This document shows, in pieces, positions 10,124 through 20,222 of a stretch of 64,000 nt of DNA. The stretch is from NCBI GenBank assembly GCA_022823405.1, contig JAJDXD010000024.1:308-64307 (forward strand), given 5' to 3'. The first letter of the stretch is position 1. Every line of letters begins with the position of its first letter. The notes under the pieces are model-generated. The model was not told the DNA's origin. It ran no database searches and was given only the letters and a program-made list of their open reading frames with translations. The translations under genes were made by a program, and so were the position numbers. The DNA is from Gammaproteobacteria bacterium (GTDB taxonomy: Bacteria > Pseudomonadota > Gammaproteobacteria > Arenicellales > JAJDZL01).

Positions 10124-11107
10124 ATGAAAATTAAGCAGTTTTTTGTTGGTATTTCTGCCGCAGTGCTGATGGTTGCGGCCGGAGGTGTTGGCGCAGCCGA
10201 CTATACGTTGAAACTTGCACACAATGGCCCTGAGCAACACCCATTTCAGGATGGAGCGGTTGCTTTCAAGGAGCAGCTCGAAGCTAGCTCCAATGGTGCT
10301 ATTGAAGTGCAGATCTTTCCAGGTGAACAACTGGGCAGCGAAGAGGAAACCAGCCAAATGCTCAAACAAGGCACCTTGCATTGCGCAGTTGAAAGTGCCG
10401 GCGGTGGTTTGGCACCCTTTGTACCGGAAGCCGATCTATTCAATTTGCCATTTATTTTCAGCGACATTGATCATTTTTACCGAGTCGTGGACGGACCGAT
10501 TGGAGACTCCGTTGCAGGTAAAGTTGAAATGGCGCTCGAATCTGATGTACTCGGCTGGTGGTTTTCCGGCATCCGAAATGCCTGGAACGACACTCGCCCG
10601 GTCGTGACACCGGACGATCTGAAAGGATTGAAAATACGAGTGATGGGCAGTCCAGTGCTGATCGATACTTTCAATGCACTTGGTGCGCAGGCGACACCGA
10701 TGTCATTCGGTGAAGTGTATACCAGTCTGCAACAAGGTGTCATTGATGGCGCAGAGACTGATCATGTTGATCTCTTGGTCGAGAACTTCTACGAAGTTAC
10801 AAAGTATGTTTCCCTGACCGGTCACATGTATCTTGCTGCAGCTTTAGTTTGCAGCGATAAGGCATTGGCTGAGCTGCCATCTGACCTGCAGGAACAAGTA
10901 CGCGAAGCTGCGGCTGTGGCGACTGCAGCACAACGTGCGGCCATGGACAAAATGGCTGGCGACGCGCTAGCTTCATTGAAAGAAAAAGGAATTGAATTTA
11001 ACGAAGTTGAACTTGCTGCATTTCAGGAAGCGGTTCGGTCGGTTTACGAAAAAAATGCCGACCGTGTCGGTGGCATGGAAATGATTCAGAAGGTTAGTGA
11101 ACAATAA
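10124..11107 (+). CDS. TRAP transporter substrate-binding protein (DctP family)
   Basis: Signal peptide MKIKQFFVGISAAVLMVAAGGVGAA followed by a DctP-type fold. The second ATG is chosen because GAGGAG sits 9 nt upstream of it; the track start is 10115. Confidence 0.9.
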   Translation: MKIKQFFVGISAAVLMVAAGGVGAADYTLKLAHNGPEQHPFQDGAVAFKEQLEASSNGAIEVQIFPGEQLGSEEETSQMLKQGTLHCAVESAGGGLAPFVPEADLFNLPFIFSDIDHFYRVVDGPIGDSVAGKVEMALESDVLGWWFSGIRNAWNDTRPVVTPDDLKGLKIRVMGSPVLIDTFNALGAQATPMSFGEVYTSLQQGVIDGAETDHVDLLVENFYEVTKYVSLTGHMYLAAALVCSDKALAELPSDLQEQVREAAAVATAAQRAAMDKMAGDALASLKEKGIEFNEVELAAFQEAVRSVYEKNADRVGGMEMIQKVSEQ

Positions 11108-11146
11108 ACTAGTCGATTTTTTCAGAATTTCTTTTCACAAATTAAC

Positions 11147-11188
11147 GGAACAGGGAGTGTACTCATCGAGTCACTCCCTTTCTGTTCC
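11147..11188 (+). promoter_or_regulatory. Imperfect GC-rich stem-loop between dctP-like and dctQ-like genes
   Basis: GGAACAGGGAGTG ... CACTCCCTTTCTGTTCC, read directly from the sequence. The stem has a small bulge. Confidence 0.4.
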
Positions 11189-11240
11189 ACCGGACTGTCA
11201 TCATGCAACAGGTGACTAAGATACGTAATCAGTGAGTCTC

Positions 11241-11729
11241 ATGACCAAGGTTTTTCGCCATCTGCTTGAGATTGTGATTTGCTGTCTGCTGGCGGCGCTT
11301 ACCGCGGTTGTGTTCAGCCAGGTCATTTCTCGATATTTTCTACAGGCACCGCTCTCTTGGTCAGAGGAGTTGGCACGGTTCTTGTTAATGTGGCTGGCAA
11401 TGCTGAGCGCGGCATACGCGTTTCGAACAAGGTCCCATTTTGCCCTGCGAATTGTTGTCGAACGTCTTCCCGACGCCATTCGTCGACGCGTTTCAATTGC
11501 TGTGCATTTAGTAGTTACAGTATTTTTCTTACTGATCCTCTACCAGGGTGTGAAATACGTGCTGGGCGTTTCAGGGCACATCGCACCCGCACTGCAAATT
11601 CCAATGGAAATCCCCTATTCATCAATTGTCGTGGGAAGTGCTCTGATTGCGTGGGAGTGTGCAAAATCCACGCTGCGAGAGCTTAAAGGCCGCGAGCAGC
11701 CAAGCACTTCATTTCATTCGGATTCATAG
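11241..11729 (+). CDS. TRAP transporter small permease (DctQ family)
   Basis: About 160 aa with four hydrophobic helices, lying between the DctP- and DctM-like genes. The start is uncertain: GTG at 11232 or ATG at 11241. Confidence 0.85.
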   Translation: MTKVFRHLLEIVICCLLAALTAVVFSQVISRYFLQAPLSWSEELARFLLMWLAMLSAAYAFRTRSHFALRIVVERLPDAIRRRVSIAVHLVVTVFFLLILYQGVKYVLGVSGHIAPALQIPMEIPYSSIVVGSALIAWECAKSTLRELKGREQPSTSFHSDS

Positions 11730-13018
11730 TGGCTACTGTCGTTGTCATTGTTCTGTTTGTTGCGCTGTTGACTTCAGTGCCAATCGCAGTCGCGCTGGGA
11801 CTGGCGTCTTTGGCCGGTTTGTTGTTGATTGCACCAAATGGGTTGGTGCTGCTCCCCCAAAAAATACTGAGCGGTATGGACGCATTTACGCTGCTTGCAA
11901 TACCGCTATTCATCCTGGCAGGAACGATCATGGGACGCGGTGGCATTGCCAGACGCATCGTGAATCTCGCATTGATCTTTGTCGGTCGAATCAAAGGAGG
12001 ACTGGGATTTGTGGTAATTCTGTCAACCATGTTTTTTTCAGGGGTCTGCGGTTCCGCAAGCGCTGATACAGCTGCAATTGGTTCGACAACTATGCCTGAG
12101 ATGCTGCGGCGAAAGTATCCAAGACCCTTTGCAACCGCTCTGTTGGCTGCATCAGGAGCCACCGCATCAATCATTCCACCTTCCATTGATCTGATCATAA
12201 TTGGCGTTGTAGCTGGCATCTCGATTGGCGGATTGTTTGCAGCTGGACTGTTGCCAGGCATATTCAATGCTATAGCCCTAATGGCTCTGTGTTACTACTA
12301 TGGTCGGCGTTTGGATTTGCCGCTTGCCGACTCAACAACCTGGACTGAAAAGCTTAAGATAGTTGCAGATGGAAGCCTGGCTGTGCTGATGCCGATAATC
12401 ATACTTGGTGGCATACTGGGTGGCATTTTTACACCAACCGAAGCTTCGGCGATTGCTGTAGTCTACGGCCTTGTTGTGTCCCTGTTCGCTTACAAGGAGT
12501 TGACCCTTAGGGACTTGCCGGAGGTGTTTTTGCAGGCTGCGCGGCTAACCGGAATGGTAATGCTGATTTTGGGAATGGCATCGGCATTTTCGTTTGTACT
12601 GGCATTTGAACGGATTCCACATGAACTTGCTGCGCTGATAGTGCAATATGCGCATCACTGGGTTGTCTATGTCATATTTGTGAATATCGTGTTCTTCCTG
12701 CTTGGAATGATTATGGATGCACTGCCGGCACTGATCATACTGATGCCCATTCTAGTTCCTGCCGGAGTTGCGCTTGGCATGGAACCGATTCATATAGGAA
12801 TTTTCGTCGCTGCCAATGTCACAATTTCGCTGTTTACCCCACCTGTGGGAGTCTGTCTCTTTGTAGCGTGTGGGTTGAGCAAGTTGCCCATTGAAGCTGT
12901 AATCAAACCGCTGCTGCCCTTTCTTGCGGTGTTACTAGTGACTTTGATGACGATCAGTTACATACCCGAAATAACTCTATTCATTCCGCGTTTGCTAGGT
13001 TACGTTGTAGACGGCTAA
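11729..13018 (+). CDS. TRAP transporter large permease (DctM family)
   Basis: 429 aa polytopic membrane protein. The start overlaps the dctQ stop (TAGTG). Confidence 0.92.
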   Translation: MATVVVIVLFVALLTSVPIAVALGLASLAGLLLIAPNGLVLLPQKILSGMDAFTLLAIPLFILAGTIMGRGGIARRIVNLALIFVGRIKGGLGFVVILSTMFFSGVCGSASADTAAIGSTTMPEMLRRKYPRPFATALLAASGATASIIPPSIDLIIIGVVAGISIGGLFAAGLLPGIFNAIALMALCYYYGRRLDLPLADSTTWTEKLKIVADGSLAVLMPIIILGGILGGIFTPTEASAIAVVYGLVVSLFAYKELTLRDLPEVFLQAARLTGMVMLILGMASAFSFVLAFERIPHELAALIVQYAHHWVVYVIFVNIVFFLLGMIMDALPALIILMPILVPAGVALGMEPIHIGIFVAANVTISLFTPPVGVCLFVACGLSKLPIEAVIKPLLPFLAVLLVTLMTISYIPEITLFIPRLLGYVVDG

Positions 13019-13086
13019 CCTCTATAGGAGACATTCACTAGATGAAGACTGGAATACCGTTGTCGACACTCATCTAAAAGGCGCAT

Positions 13087-14043
13087 TTATTTGTGGTTGT
13101 TTTTGCGAGTACTCAATACGGCATTGATAAACTTCATGACTCGGCTTATGTGATTGTCATCGTCACAATTCGACCAAGTCACTCCAGACTGGTTGCGAAT
13201 CCATGTCAGCTGGCGCTTGGCAATTCCGCAGGTCTCTCTGACCGTCTCCTTGGCCATCTGTTCATAATTGAACTCACCCGAAAGGTACTGCCACATCTGC
13301 TGATACCCTACACAACGCATTGAGGGCAAAGATTTTTTGAAATGATCTGATTGATAAAGTCGCTCTGCCTCCAAAAGAAACCCGTCTTCAAGCATCTGTA
13401 CAAATCGCTGCCTGATTTGCTCATTTTGCACCTCACGGCTAGAGCGAGAGATCGCTATTTTTACAATCCGGTACGGTAATGGTTCAGCGCGGTTTGTCTG
13501 TTTCATCTCACTTGGACGGATACCCGATACCAAGTACATTTCTAGCAATCGTAATACGCGCTGTGAATCATTGAGCTGAACCTCGCGGGCAGAATCCGGG
13601 TCGAATTCCATCAATTTCTGGTGCAGGTGTGCCCACCCCTTTGTATCGGCTTCTACCAGCAGTTCGCGACTAATTTCGTTTGATCGCTTCGGCAAATCAG
13701 AAAGTCCGAATTCCAACGCTCGAAAGTAGAACGAAGTGCCACCAACCAGAAACGGAATTCTCCCAATCTCGATTGATTTTTCAATTTCAGCAATCGCATC
13801 TCTTCGAAACTGCCCAGCTGAATAACGCTCCCAAGGACTGCAGATATTGATCAGCTTATGAGGTACTCCTTCCAGAATCTCACAGGTCGGCTTTGCTGTG
13901 CCAATATCCATCCCCTGGTAAACTTGACCTGAATCGACGCTGATGACATCAATCGGAAATTGATCAGCAATTTCCACTGCTAACCGTGTTTTGCCCGTCG
14001 CCGTCGGGCCCATCAGAAAGAAAACCAGTGGTGTTGAATCCAT
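13087..14043 (-). CDS. miaA: tRNA dimethylallyltransferase
   Basis: 318 aa. P-loop GPTATGKT, then VISVDSGQVYQGMDIGTAKP. Confidence 0.96.
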   Translation of the reverse strand: MDSTPLVFFLMGPTATGKTRLAVEIADQFPIDVISVDSGQVYQGMDIGTAKPTCEILEGVPHKLINICSPWERYSAGQFRRDAIAEIEKSIEIGRIPFLVGGTSFYFRALEFGLSDLPKRSNEISRELLVEADTKGWAHLHQKLMEFDPDSAREVQLNDSQRVLRLLEMYLVSGIRPSEMKQTNRAEPLPYRIVKIAISRSSREVQNEQIRQRFVQMLEDGFLLEAERLYQSDHFKKSLPSMRCVGYQQMWQYLSGEFNYEQMAKETVRETCGIAKRQLTWIRNQSGVTWSNCDDDNHISRVMKFINAVLSTRKNNHK

Positions 14044-14072
14044 ATGCCTGCAGGCATCAAATGGAAGAGGTA

Positions 14073-15914
14073 TTACCGCCCACGATAAAACAGTCGGTCA
14101 AGCTCTTTCATCGTTATCTGATTCCAAGTCGGTCGACCATGACTGCAGTAACCGGCGTGTTCAGTAACTTCCATCTGCCGCAACAACGCGTCCATCTCTT
14201 GTATCGACAACTGCTGATTGGCGCGAATTGAGCTATGACAGGCAACAGTCGCGAGCAGTTCATTTCGAACATGTTCCACTCGATTGGTGCTGCCATGTTC
14301 GATCAAATCTGAAATCACATCGCGGATCAATTTTTCAATATCGCAATCTTTGAGAATTCTGGGAATGGAGCGAATGGAAATAGCAGTGTCGCTGGCAAGC
14401 GAAACATCAAAACCCAATTCCGCTAGTAACTCCTGATTAGTGATCGCAATCTCCGCCTCTAATGAAGAAACTTTGATCACATGGGGTACGATGACTGTCT
14501 GTACCTGCAGTTTAGAACTCTCATATTCCGCTTTGAGTTTTTCGTAATTCAGCCTTTCGTGCGCCGCGTGCATATCTACGATGACCAGACCTTCCTTGTT
14601 TTCTGCAAGCACATAGGCGCCACCCAGTTGAGCAATCGCAAATCCAAGCGGAGGAACGACAGACGGTGAATCCTGATCGATTGGCCCGCTTTGTCTGGGT
14701 ATCTGTTTCTGAGCTTCACTGTTGTCCGTTGCCCAAATGCTCTCAACCGGCAACCTCATCGTGTTCTGCTGCCGATCTGAAAAACCGGTAGTGTTTGGCA
14801 ACTCAACTGAATCCAACGCTGAACGAGACATCCTGCGAGCACCCGGCTGATCACCCGAGAGCGCATTTCTGACAGCTCGCAAAATAAACCAGTAAATTTC
14901 ACGCGGTTGCTTGAATCGCACCTCCGATTTTGTCGGATGGACATTGACATCGGCCAACTCTGGATTGAAATTCAGGTAGAGTGCAAAAATTGGAAATCGC
15001 CCCGAGTCGAATAGTACATCCATGTAAGCCTGCTTAATTCCATGTGCAAGCCTTCGGTCTCTAATGCCGCGTCCATTTACAAACAGAAACTGAAGATTAG
15101 GCTGCGAACGCGTGTAGTCTGGTGGAGCTATCCATCCAGCGGCACGAATGCCATTCTCTTCAAACTCTACAGAAATGGAGTTATCAGCCATATGAGAATC
15201 GAATACAGTCCTGAGCCGTGATTTCAGTTCACCTTCTGAAGATGCAGCAGGATATCGATCGACCTGCCGACCGTTATGCTGCAATCGAATATCAATCTCC
15301 ATTCTGCTGAGCGCCATCTGCTTGACTAACTTGCGCAGATGAGAAAATTCTGTTGATGCGGTTCGCAAGAACTTTCTTCGGGCCGGAACATTGAAAAACA
15401 GATCCTGCACCTCGATCTCGGTACCAACAGCCTGTGGTGCCGGTGCCGGTTCAGAAATAACGCCACCGCCATCGCAGGATATCTTCCAGCCATGTGAATC
15501 ATCCGCGGTACGACTAACCATAGACAGTCTTGATACTGAAGCGATGCTCGGGAGTGCTTCGCCGCGAAATCCCAGCGTCTTTATTCTTTCCAAACTATCA
15601 AAATCAGCGAGTTTACTTGTTGCGTGTCGCGTCAATGCCAGATTTAATTCATCACGAGGAATTCCGATTCCATCATCGCGAACCAAGATGCTCTGTATTC
15701 CACCAGAATGCACTTCAATTTCAATTTTCCGCGCACCCGCATCAATACTGTTTTCAATCAACTCTTTGAGTACTGAAGCTGGGCGTTCAACGACTTCACC
15801 AGCCGCAATTTTGTCGATGACGCGATCATCCAACCGACGAATCCTTGACCTTGATTCCGTCAAAATCTGATCATGTGATGCGATTTCAGTTACTGAATGC
15901 TCGACGTTCTCCAT
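14073..15914 (-). CDS. mutL: DNA mismatch repair protein MutL
   Basis: IAAGEVVERPASVLKELIENSIDAGA ATPase motif and a C-terminal dimerisation domain. The ATG at 15912-15914 is preferred over the TTG track start at 15929. Confidence 0.95.
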   Translation of the reverse strand: MENVEHSVTEIASHDQILTESRSRIRRLDDRVIDKIAAGEVVERPASVLKELIENSIDAGARKIEIEVHSGGIQSILVRDDGIGIPRDELNLALTRHATSKLADFDSLERIKTLGFRGEALPSIASVSRLSMVSRTADDSHGWKISCDGGGVISEPAPAPQAVGTEIEVQDLFFNVPARRKFLRTASTEFSHLRKLVKQMALSRMEIDIRLQHNGRQVDRYPAASSEGELKSRLRTVFDSHMADNSISVEFEENGIRAAGWIAPPDYTRSQPNLQFLFVNGRGIRDRRLAHGIKQAYMDVLFDSGRFPIFALYLNFNPELADVNVHPTKSEVRFKQPREIYWFILRAVRNALSGDQPGARRMSRSALDSVELPNTTGFSDRQQNTMRLPVESIWATDNSEAQKQIPRQSGPIDQDSPSVVPPLGFAIAQLGGAYVLAENKEGLVIVDMHAAHERLNYEKLKAEYESSKLQVQTVIVPHVIKVSSLEAEIAITNQELLAELGFDVSLASDTAISIRSIPRILKDCDIEKLIRDVISDLIEHGSTNRVEHVRNELLATVACHSSIRANQQLSIQEMDALLRQMEVTEHAGYCSHGRPTWNQITMKELDRLFYRGR

Positions 15915-17050
15915 CTTTCCTGCCCCCAAGGGTATTTCCTGGCATACTGGACGACACCAGTTGCTATCTCTTTAACAATTTTTTTCTGATAGGATTTCTT
16001 GTTCAGACTGCGTTCCTCTTTCGGATTGGAGATAAATCCAACTTCAACCAGTATAGACGGAATGTTTGGTGCTTTGAGTACTGCAAAGCCCGCCTGTTCC
16101 ACGCCGTGTCCGTGCAATCTGCCAACTCTTGATAGTCGAGTGCGTATCATTGAACCCAACGCAACACTGCGGCTAATCTGGCCCTGATACGAAAGATCAA
16201 CAACCGTTTCAGCGACATCACGGTCTTTTTGAGATAAGTTTTCACCGGCAACGAAGTCAGCGGAGTTTTCTTTCTGTGCCAGTACTCGTGCCCGTTCGCT
16301 GGTCGCACCGTGCTGGGAAAGCGCGAACACTGAGATTCCATTGGCGCTTCGCTTGGTAAAGGCATCCGCATGAATCGATACGAATAAATCCGCATTCAGA
16401 TCGGCAGCTATTTTCCTTCGTTTTCTGAGCGGAATGTAATAGTCACCCTTACGGGTCAGTTCCGCGCGAATACCCTTCACTTTATTCAATTCTTTTTTCA
16501 ATTGTTTTGCTATTTTCAATACCAGATGCTTTTCAAGGGTTTTCGCGGCACCAACTGCACCCGGGTCCTCTCCACCGTGACCGGCATCGATAACCACAAT
16601 AAATTCATCATCTACTTTCCTGGGCTTTGATTTCTGCGTTTTCGCCTGTTTTGCATATAGGTCAAGAACCAGTCGATCTCCATAATTCTCAATGGGTATT
16701 AGAGTGAAGTGCTCAGCGCGTACCGCTCTTTTCAAATCAAACACAAAACGAATAAGGTCGTCGTGCTTCCCGGTCCGGATTTTTGATACCCGATTGCCAA
16801 GTTCACCACTTTTGGGCAGCTGGCCGGTAAATTTTGAATCTGAAATATCAATAACGATTCGATTGGGGTTTTTCAGCTCAAAAAATTTGTATTCGACAGC
16901 ACCGCTAAGGTCGAAAACAATGCGGGTTCGGTCTGGTGAATTCCAGACTCGAATATCGTTAATATTCGCTGCAAACACATTGAAACCAGTTAGCAGCAGT
17001 AAAAACGCAGCAGACGCAGATAACAGAAAACGGTGTTTATGCATCTGCAA
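15890..17050 (-). CDS. amiB: N-acetylmuramoyl-L-alanine amidase (AMIN + Amidase_3 domains)
   Basis: Signal peptide, then AMIN domain (NDIRVWNSPDRTRIVFDL) and VIDAGHGGEDPGA. It occupies the conserved position between tsaE and mutL. Confidence 0.88.
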   Translation of the reverse strand: MQMHKHRFLLSASAAFLLLLTGFNVFAANINDIRVWNSPDRTRIVFDLSGAVEYKFFELKNPNRIVIDISDSKFTGQLPKSGELGNRVSKIRTGKHDDLIRFVFDLKRAVRAEHFTLIPIENYGDRLVLDLYAKQAKTQKSKPRKVDDEFIVVIDAGHGGEDPGAVGAAKTLEKHLVLKIAKQLKKELNKVKGIRAELTRKGDYYIPLRKRRKIAADLNADLFVSIHADAFTKRSANGISVFALSQHGATSERARVLAQKENSADFVAGENLSQKDRDVAETVVDLSYQGQISRSVALGSMIRTRLSRVGRLHGHGVEQAGFAVLKAPNIPSILVEVGFISNPKEERSLNKKSYQKKIVKEIATGVVQYARKYPWGQERWRTSSIQ

Positions 17051-17528
17051 CCATGGACATCTTTAGTGAATTTGCTTCATTGGTCATGCAAATTTTTCGG
17101 GAAGAGCCAGCACCACTTAACTGGATGCGGATATCTGGCGGTGGAATCACATCAAACCCACGATTTGGCCATTCGATCAGCCAAACACAGTCGGTATCCT
17201 GAAAGTCCTCTATCCCTATGAGCAACAACTCTGCTGGATTCTCAATACGGTATAGATCAACATGCAAGAGTTCCAATCCACTCGCTGAAATGTAAGGTTT
17301 CAGAATTGAAAATGTCGGACTGAGCACAACGTCATCGACTTTGAGTTCCCGACAGATCTTTTGAATCAAGGTTGTTTTGCCAGCCCCCAGGCCACCTTCG
17401 AAATACACGACACAACCAGGGAAAATCAACTTTGCAATTTTGCGCCCGATACTTTGCATCTCATCGAGCGAAACAGCTGCCTGATTCCAGGCTGGGGACT
17501 TAACTCTTGGCTGTGCCTGCACCGTCAA
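17037..17528 (-). CDS. tsaE: tRNA t6A37 biosynthesis ATPase TsaE
   Basis: 163 aa. Walker A GGLGAGKTTLIQ. The YjeE family position next to nnr fits. Confidence 0.88.
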   Translation of the reverse strand: MTVQAQPRVKSPAWNQAAVSLDEMQSIGRKIAKLIFPGCVVYFEGGLGAGKTTLIQKICRELKVDDVVLSPTFSILKPYISASGLELLHVDLYRIENPAELLLIGIEDFQDTDCVWLIEWPNRGFDVIPPPDIRIQLSGAGSSRKICMTNEANSLKMSMVADA

Positions 17529-18999
17529 TAGCCCTCGCTAGGTTGGTACGAATACCTGGTAGCAGATCCGTCGCAATCATTCCAATTTCTCCTGCTTCAG
17601 CGGCACTATCATCTCCCGCCTTTGCGTGCAGCCATACACCCAGACAAGCCGATTCTTCGGCTGTCAGACCCTGTGCCCGAAGTGCACAGATCACTCCAGT
17701 CAGCACATCGCCCATTCCACCGGTTGCCATTCCGGGATTACCCTGGTCGCATATCCACAATCGCTGACCTCCGGCTACGATTGTACCGGAGCCCTTTAGT
17801 ACGCAGATACCGCCATACTTTTCAACAATCCTTTCAGCTGAGCCAATGCGGTCCATTTGCACTTCTCGGGTGGATATACCCAAAAGTCGACCTGCTTCTC
17901 CTGGATGTGGCGTCAGAACCCAGTCAACTCGACTTCGAGGATTCTTTGCCAGTAAATTTAGAGCGTCTGCATCTACTACCAGCGGTACATCAGCGACCGC
18001 CGCGATGTCCCACATAGTCTGCGACCACTCATCCTGTCCGAGCCCGGGACCAATTCCGATCACTCCGTACCGAGGCAGCATCAATTCAATCTCTTCAGCC
18101 TCATTGACTGGAAATCCGCGAACTTCAGGAACGACTGAAGCGATCAATTCTGCACAACCGGTCGGCGATGCAACCGAAACCAACCCCGCACCTGCGCGAC
18201 AGGCGGCTTGTGCTGCCATCACAACGGCCCCCTGCATGGTGTTGTTGCCACCGATAACGAGAATGCGGCCGAAACTGCCTTTATGTGAATCGGCCTTACG
18301 TTTGAGTTTTCGCGCTGCGAGTGAATCCAGATCAATCAATGCGGCAGTTTCTCCAATGCGCGCATAGGCTTCTTGCGGAATCCCTAATGTATCGATTTCC
18401 AATTTTCCTCGGTGATCTTTACCTTCGCCACTTACCAATCCCAATTTTGTCGATATAAACGTTGCGGTTACATCAGCATGGAACGCAGTACCGCGAACCG
18501 CTCCAGAATCGCCATCCAGACCGGACGGAATGTCCAGTGCCAGTACCGGTTTGCCACTCGAATTGATCGAATCAATGATGGATTGAAGCCGCCCTTCGAT
18601 GTCACGGGTCAGACCACTTCCGAACAAGGCATCGACCACCAAGTCGCAATCTTCAAAACCAATTCCGTCATCAAGATTTTCCACTTCGCCATTCACTTCG
18701 AGGTAGCCATCGCTTGCCTTTATTGCGTCAGGAGTAGTCGGGCTACCCAACTGATACACTCGGGTGGAAATACCGGATTGTAAAGCCGCTGTGGCTAGAA
18801 TGTATCCATCACCCCCGTTGTTTCCACGCCCGCAAATGACCAAAATTCGCTCGCAATTTGGCCAGTGTTTTCGCAATGTAAGAAACGCGCCCCGCCCTGC
18901 GCGTGTCATCAGTTCAAAGCCTGGAGTGCCAAACTCCTCAATAACCAGGCGATCAAGATCCTTAGACTGTTGGCAGGTGTGAATAGGGTGTGGGGACAC
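17500..18999 (-). CDS. nnr: Bifunctional NAD(P)H-hydrate repair enzyme (epimerase/dehydratase)
   Basis: 499 aa. YjeF N-terminal domain (GRGNNGGDGY) and a C-terminal carbohydrate-kinase domain (GGMGDVLTG). Confidence 0.92.
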   Translation of the reverse strand: MSPHPIHTCQQSKDLDRLVIEEFGTPGFELMTRAGRGAFLTLRKHWPNCERILVICGRGNNGGDGYILATAALQSGISTRVYQLGSPTTPDAIKASDGYLEVNGEVENLDDGIGFEDCDLVVDALFGSGLTRDIEGRLQSIIDSINSSGKPVLALDIPSGLDGDSGAVRGTAFHADVTATFISTKLGLVSGEGKDHRGKLEIDTLGIPQEAYARIGETAALIDLDSLAARKLKRKADSHKGSFGRILVIGGNNTMQGAVVMAAQAACRAGAGLVSVASPTGCAELIASVVPEVRGFPVNEAEEIELMLPRYGVIGIGPGLGQDEWSQTMWDIAAVADVPLVVDADALNLLAKNPRSRVDWVLTPHPGEAGRLLGISTREVQMDRIGSAERIVEKYGGICVLKGSGTIVAGGQRLWICDQGNPGMATGGMGDVLTGVICALRAQGLTAEESACLGVWLHAKAGDDSAAEAGEIGMIATDLLPGIRTNLARAIDGAGTAKS

Positions 19000-19456
19000 A
19001 GATTAGCAGGAACAACTACTAAATTCAGAACGCTCAAAATACGGTTAGATTCAATGCGGGAATTATAGCACTTCCTGACTTGCAACATTCGTAGTCAATC
19101 ATTGTCCTGCTATAGACAGAATCACATAACGAATTGTTTTAATGTATTTTTTTATGCTTGCAAGCTAAACAGACAACATCAGATGAGTTTTTTACAATGT
19201 GGTGAAACAGTGCGTTCCAGCTAGCAATTTTCAGTGTCACCGAAAACTACAGGCTACCATCTGGGTCACTGCTTTGAAAAAATCGAAGCTGGAGATCACG
19301 CATTAATTCTGCGGTCATTAAATGAGCACAACAGATCTGCCAGAGTGAATGTTCCAATCGGGTCGGTTTCATAATTGATCGACTGGATCGAATCTGAAAG
19401 GTATTAAGTGGCAATTAAAATTCCTTTCAGTGCCGTTTGTTTCAATTTTCCTATTG

Positions 19457-20017
19457 TCAGAGTTTCTGCACGGAGGCAAGCGTTGCCTGAGCCTCGTCTT
19501 CTTCCTCGATTTGGAGCGCTGCATTGAATCGGTTGAAAAATCCACACATTGCAATACGAAGCGTCAGTTCAACAATTTGCGAATCGCTAAAGTACTCTCG
19601 CAAACGGTCAAAAAAAGCATCCGGAATCCTGTTTGCGCTTTCAGTCACCAAAATTGAGTAGTCGCGCACCAATTTGTCTAACTCATCCAATCCGGGGCAA
19701 TCAGGACGAAGAATGTTCTCAACAGTCTCTTGAGAAAATCCCTCGCTAATTAGTTCTGGAGCGTGGTATTTGATGCAACTCTGACACTCATTCATTCGTG
19801 ACACAACCAAAAGAGCAAGTTCGAGGTGACGCTTTGGCAAGAGCACATCATTTGAAAATTCAAGCAACAGTCCCATGATGTGTCGCGATGCTGCCGGTCG
19901 ATGAGCGTAGACTTTCAACTGATTGATGAACGGACCATAATTGGCAGCAAATTGCTCGTATTCCTGTTTCAACTCACTTGACAGTTCGTCTACATCAATA
20001 TCGCGTACTCTGGCCAT
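19457..20017 (-). CDS. Carboxymuconolactone decarboxylase / AhpD-like family protein
   Basis: 186 aa carrying CQSCIKYH, which is the AhpD-type CxxCxxxH motif. Confidence 0.75.
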   Translation of the reverse strand: MARVRDIDVDELSSELKQEYEQFAANYGPFINQLKVYAHRPAASRHIMGLLLEFSNDVLLPKRHLELALLVVSRMNECQSCIKYHAPELISEGFSQETVENILRPDCPGLDELDKLVRDYSILVTESANRIPDAFFDRLREYFSDSQIVELTLRIAMCGFFNRFNAALQIEEEDEAQATLASVQKL

Positions 20018-20222
20018 AATTCCCTCTGATTTATCTGGACCGAAACACTGGTTGGACTGATTGATCTATGGAAGTGTTTCCATCCTTGAACACTAAAGAC
20101 TCCGATCTGATTTTCGCCGCACCTTCTACTGTCTGATCATTCCCACAGATGCTACTATGAGGCGTAATCAATCCGCTAAATTGGCGGGTGCGGTTCAGGT
20201 TGTATTTACTTCCTGAATAAAA

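Noticed and set aside
11279-12267. Overlapping track ORFs 11279-11686 (+), 11647-12066 (+) and 11683-12267 (-).
   Set aside because: They are shadow frames of the dctQ and dctM membrane-protein genes. Their Arg/Ser/Cys-rich translations are typical of wrong frames.
17507-18982. Several 70-170-aa ORFs on the plus strand opposite nnr (for example 17846-18367).
   Set aside because: Their Ala/Ser/Pro/Arg-rich translations are antisense to a well-supported gene and carry no independent signals.
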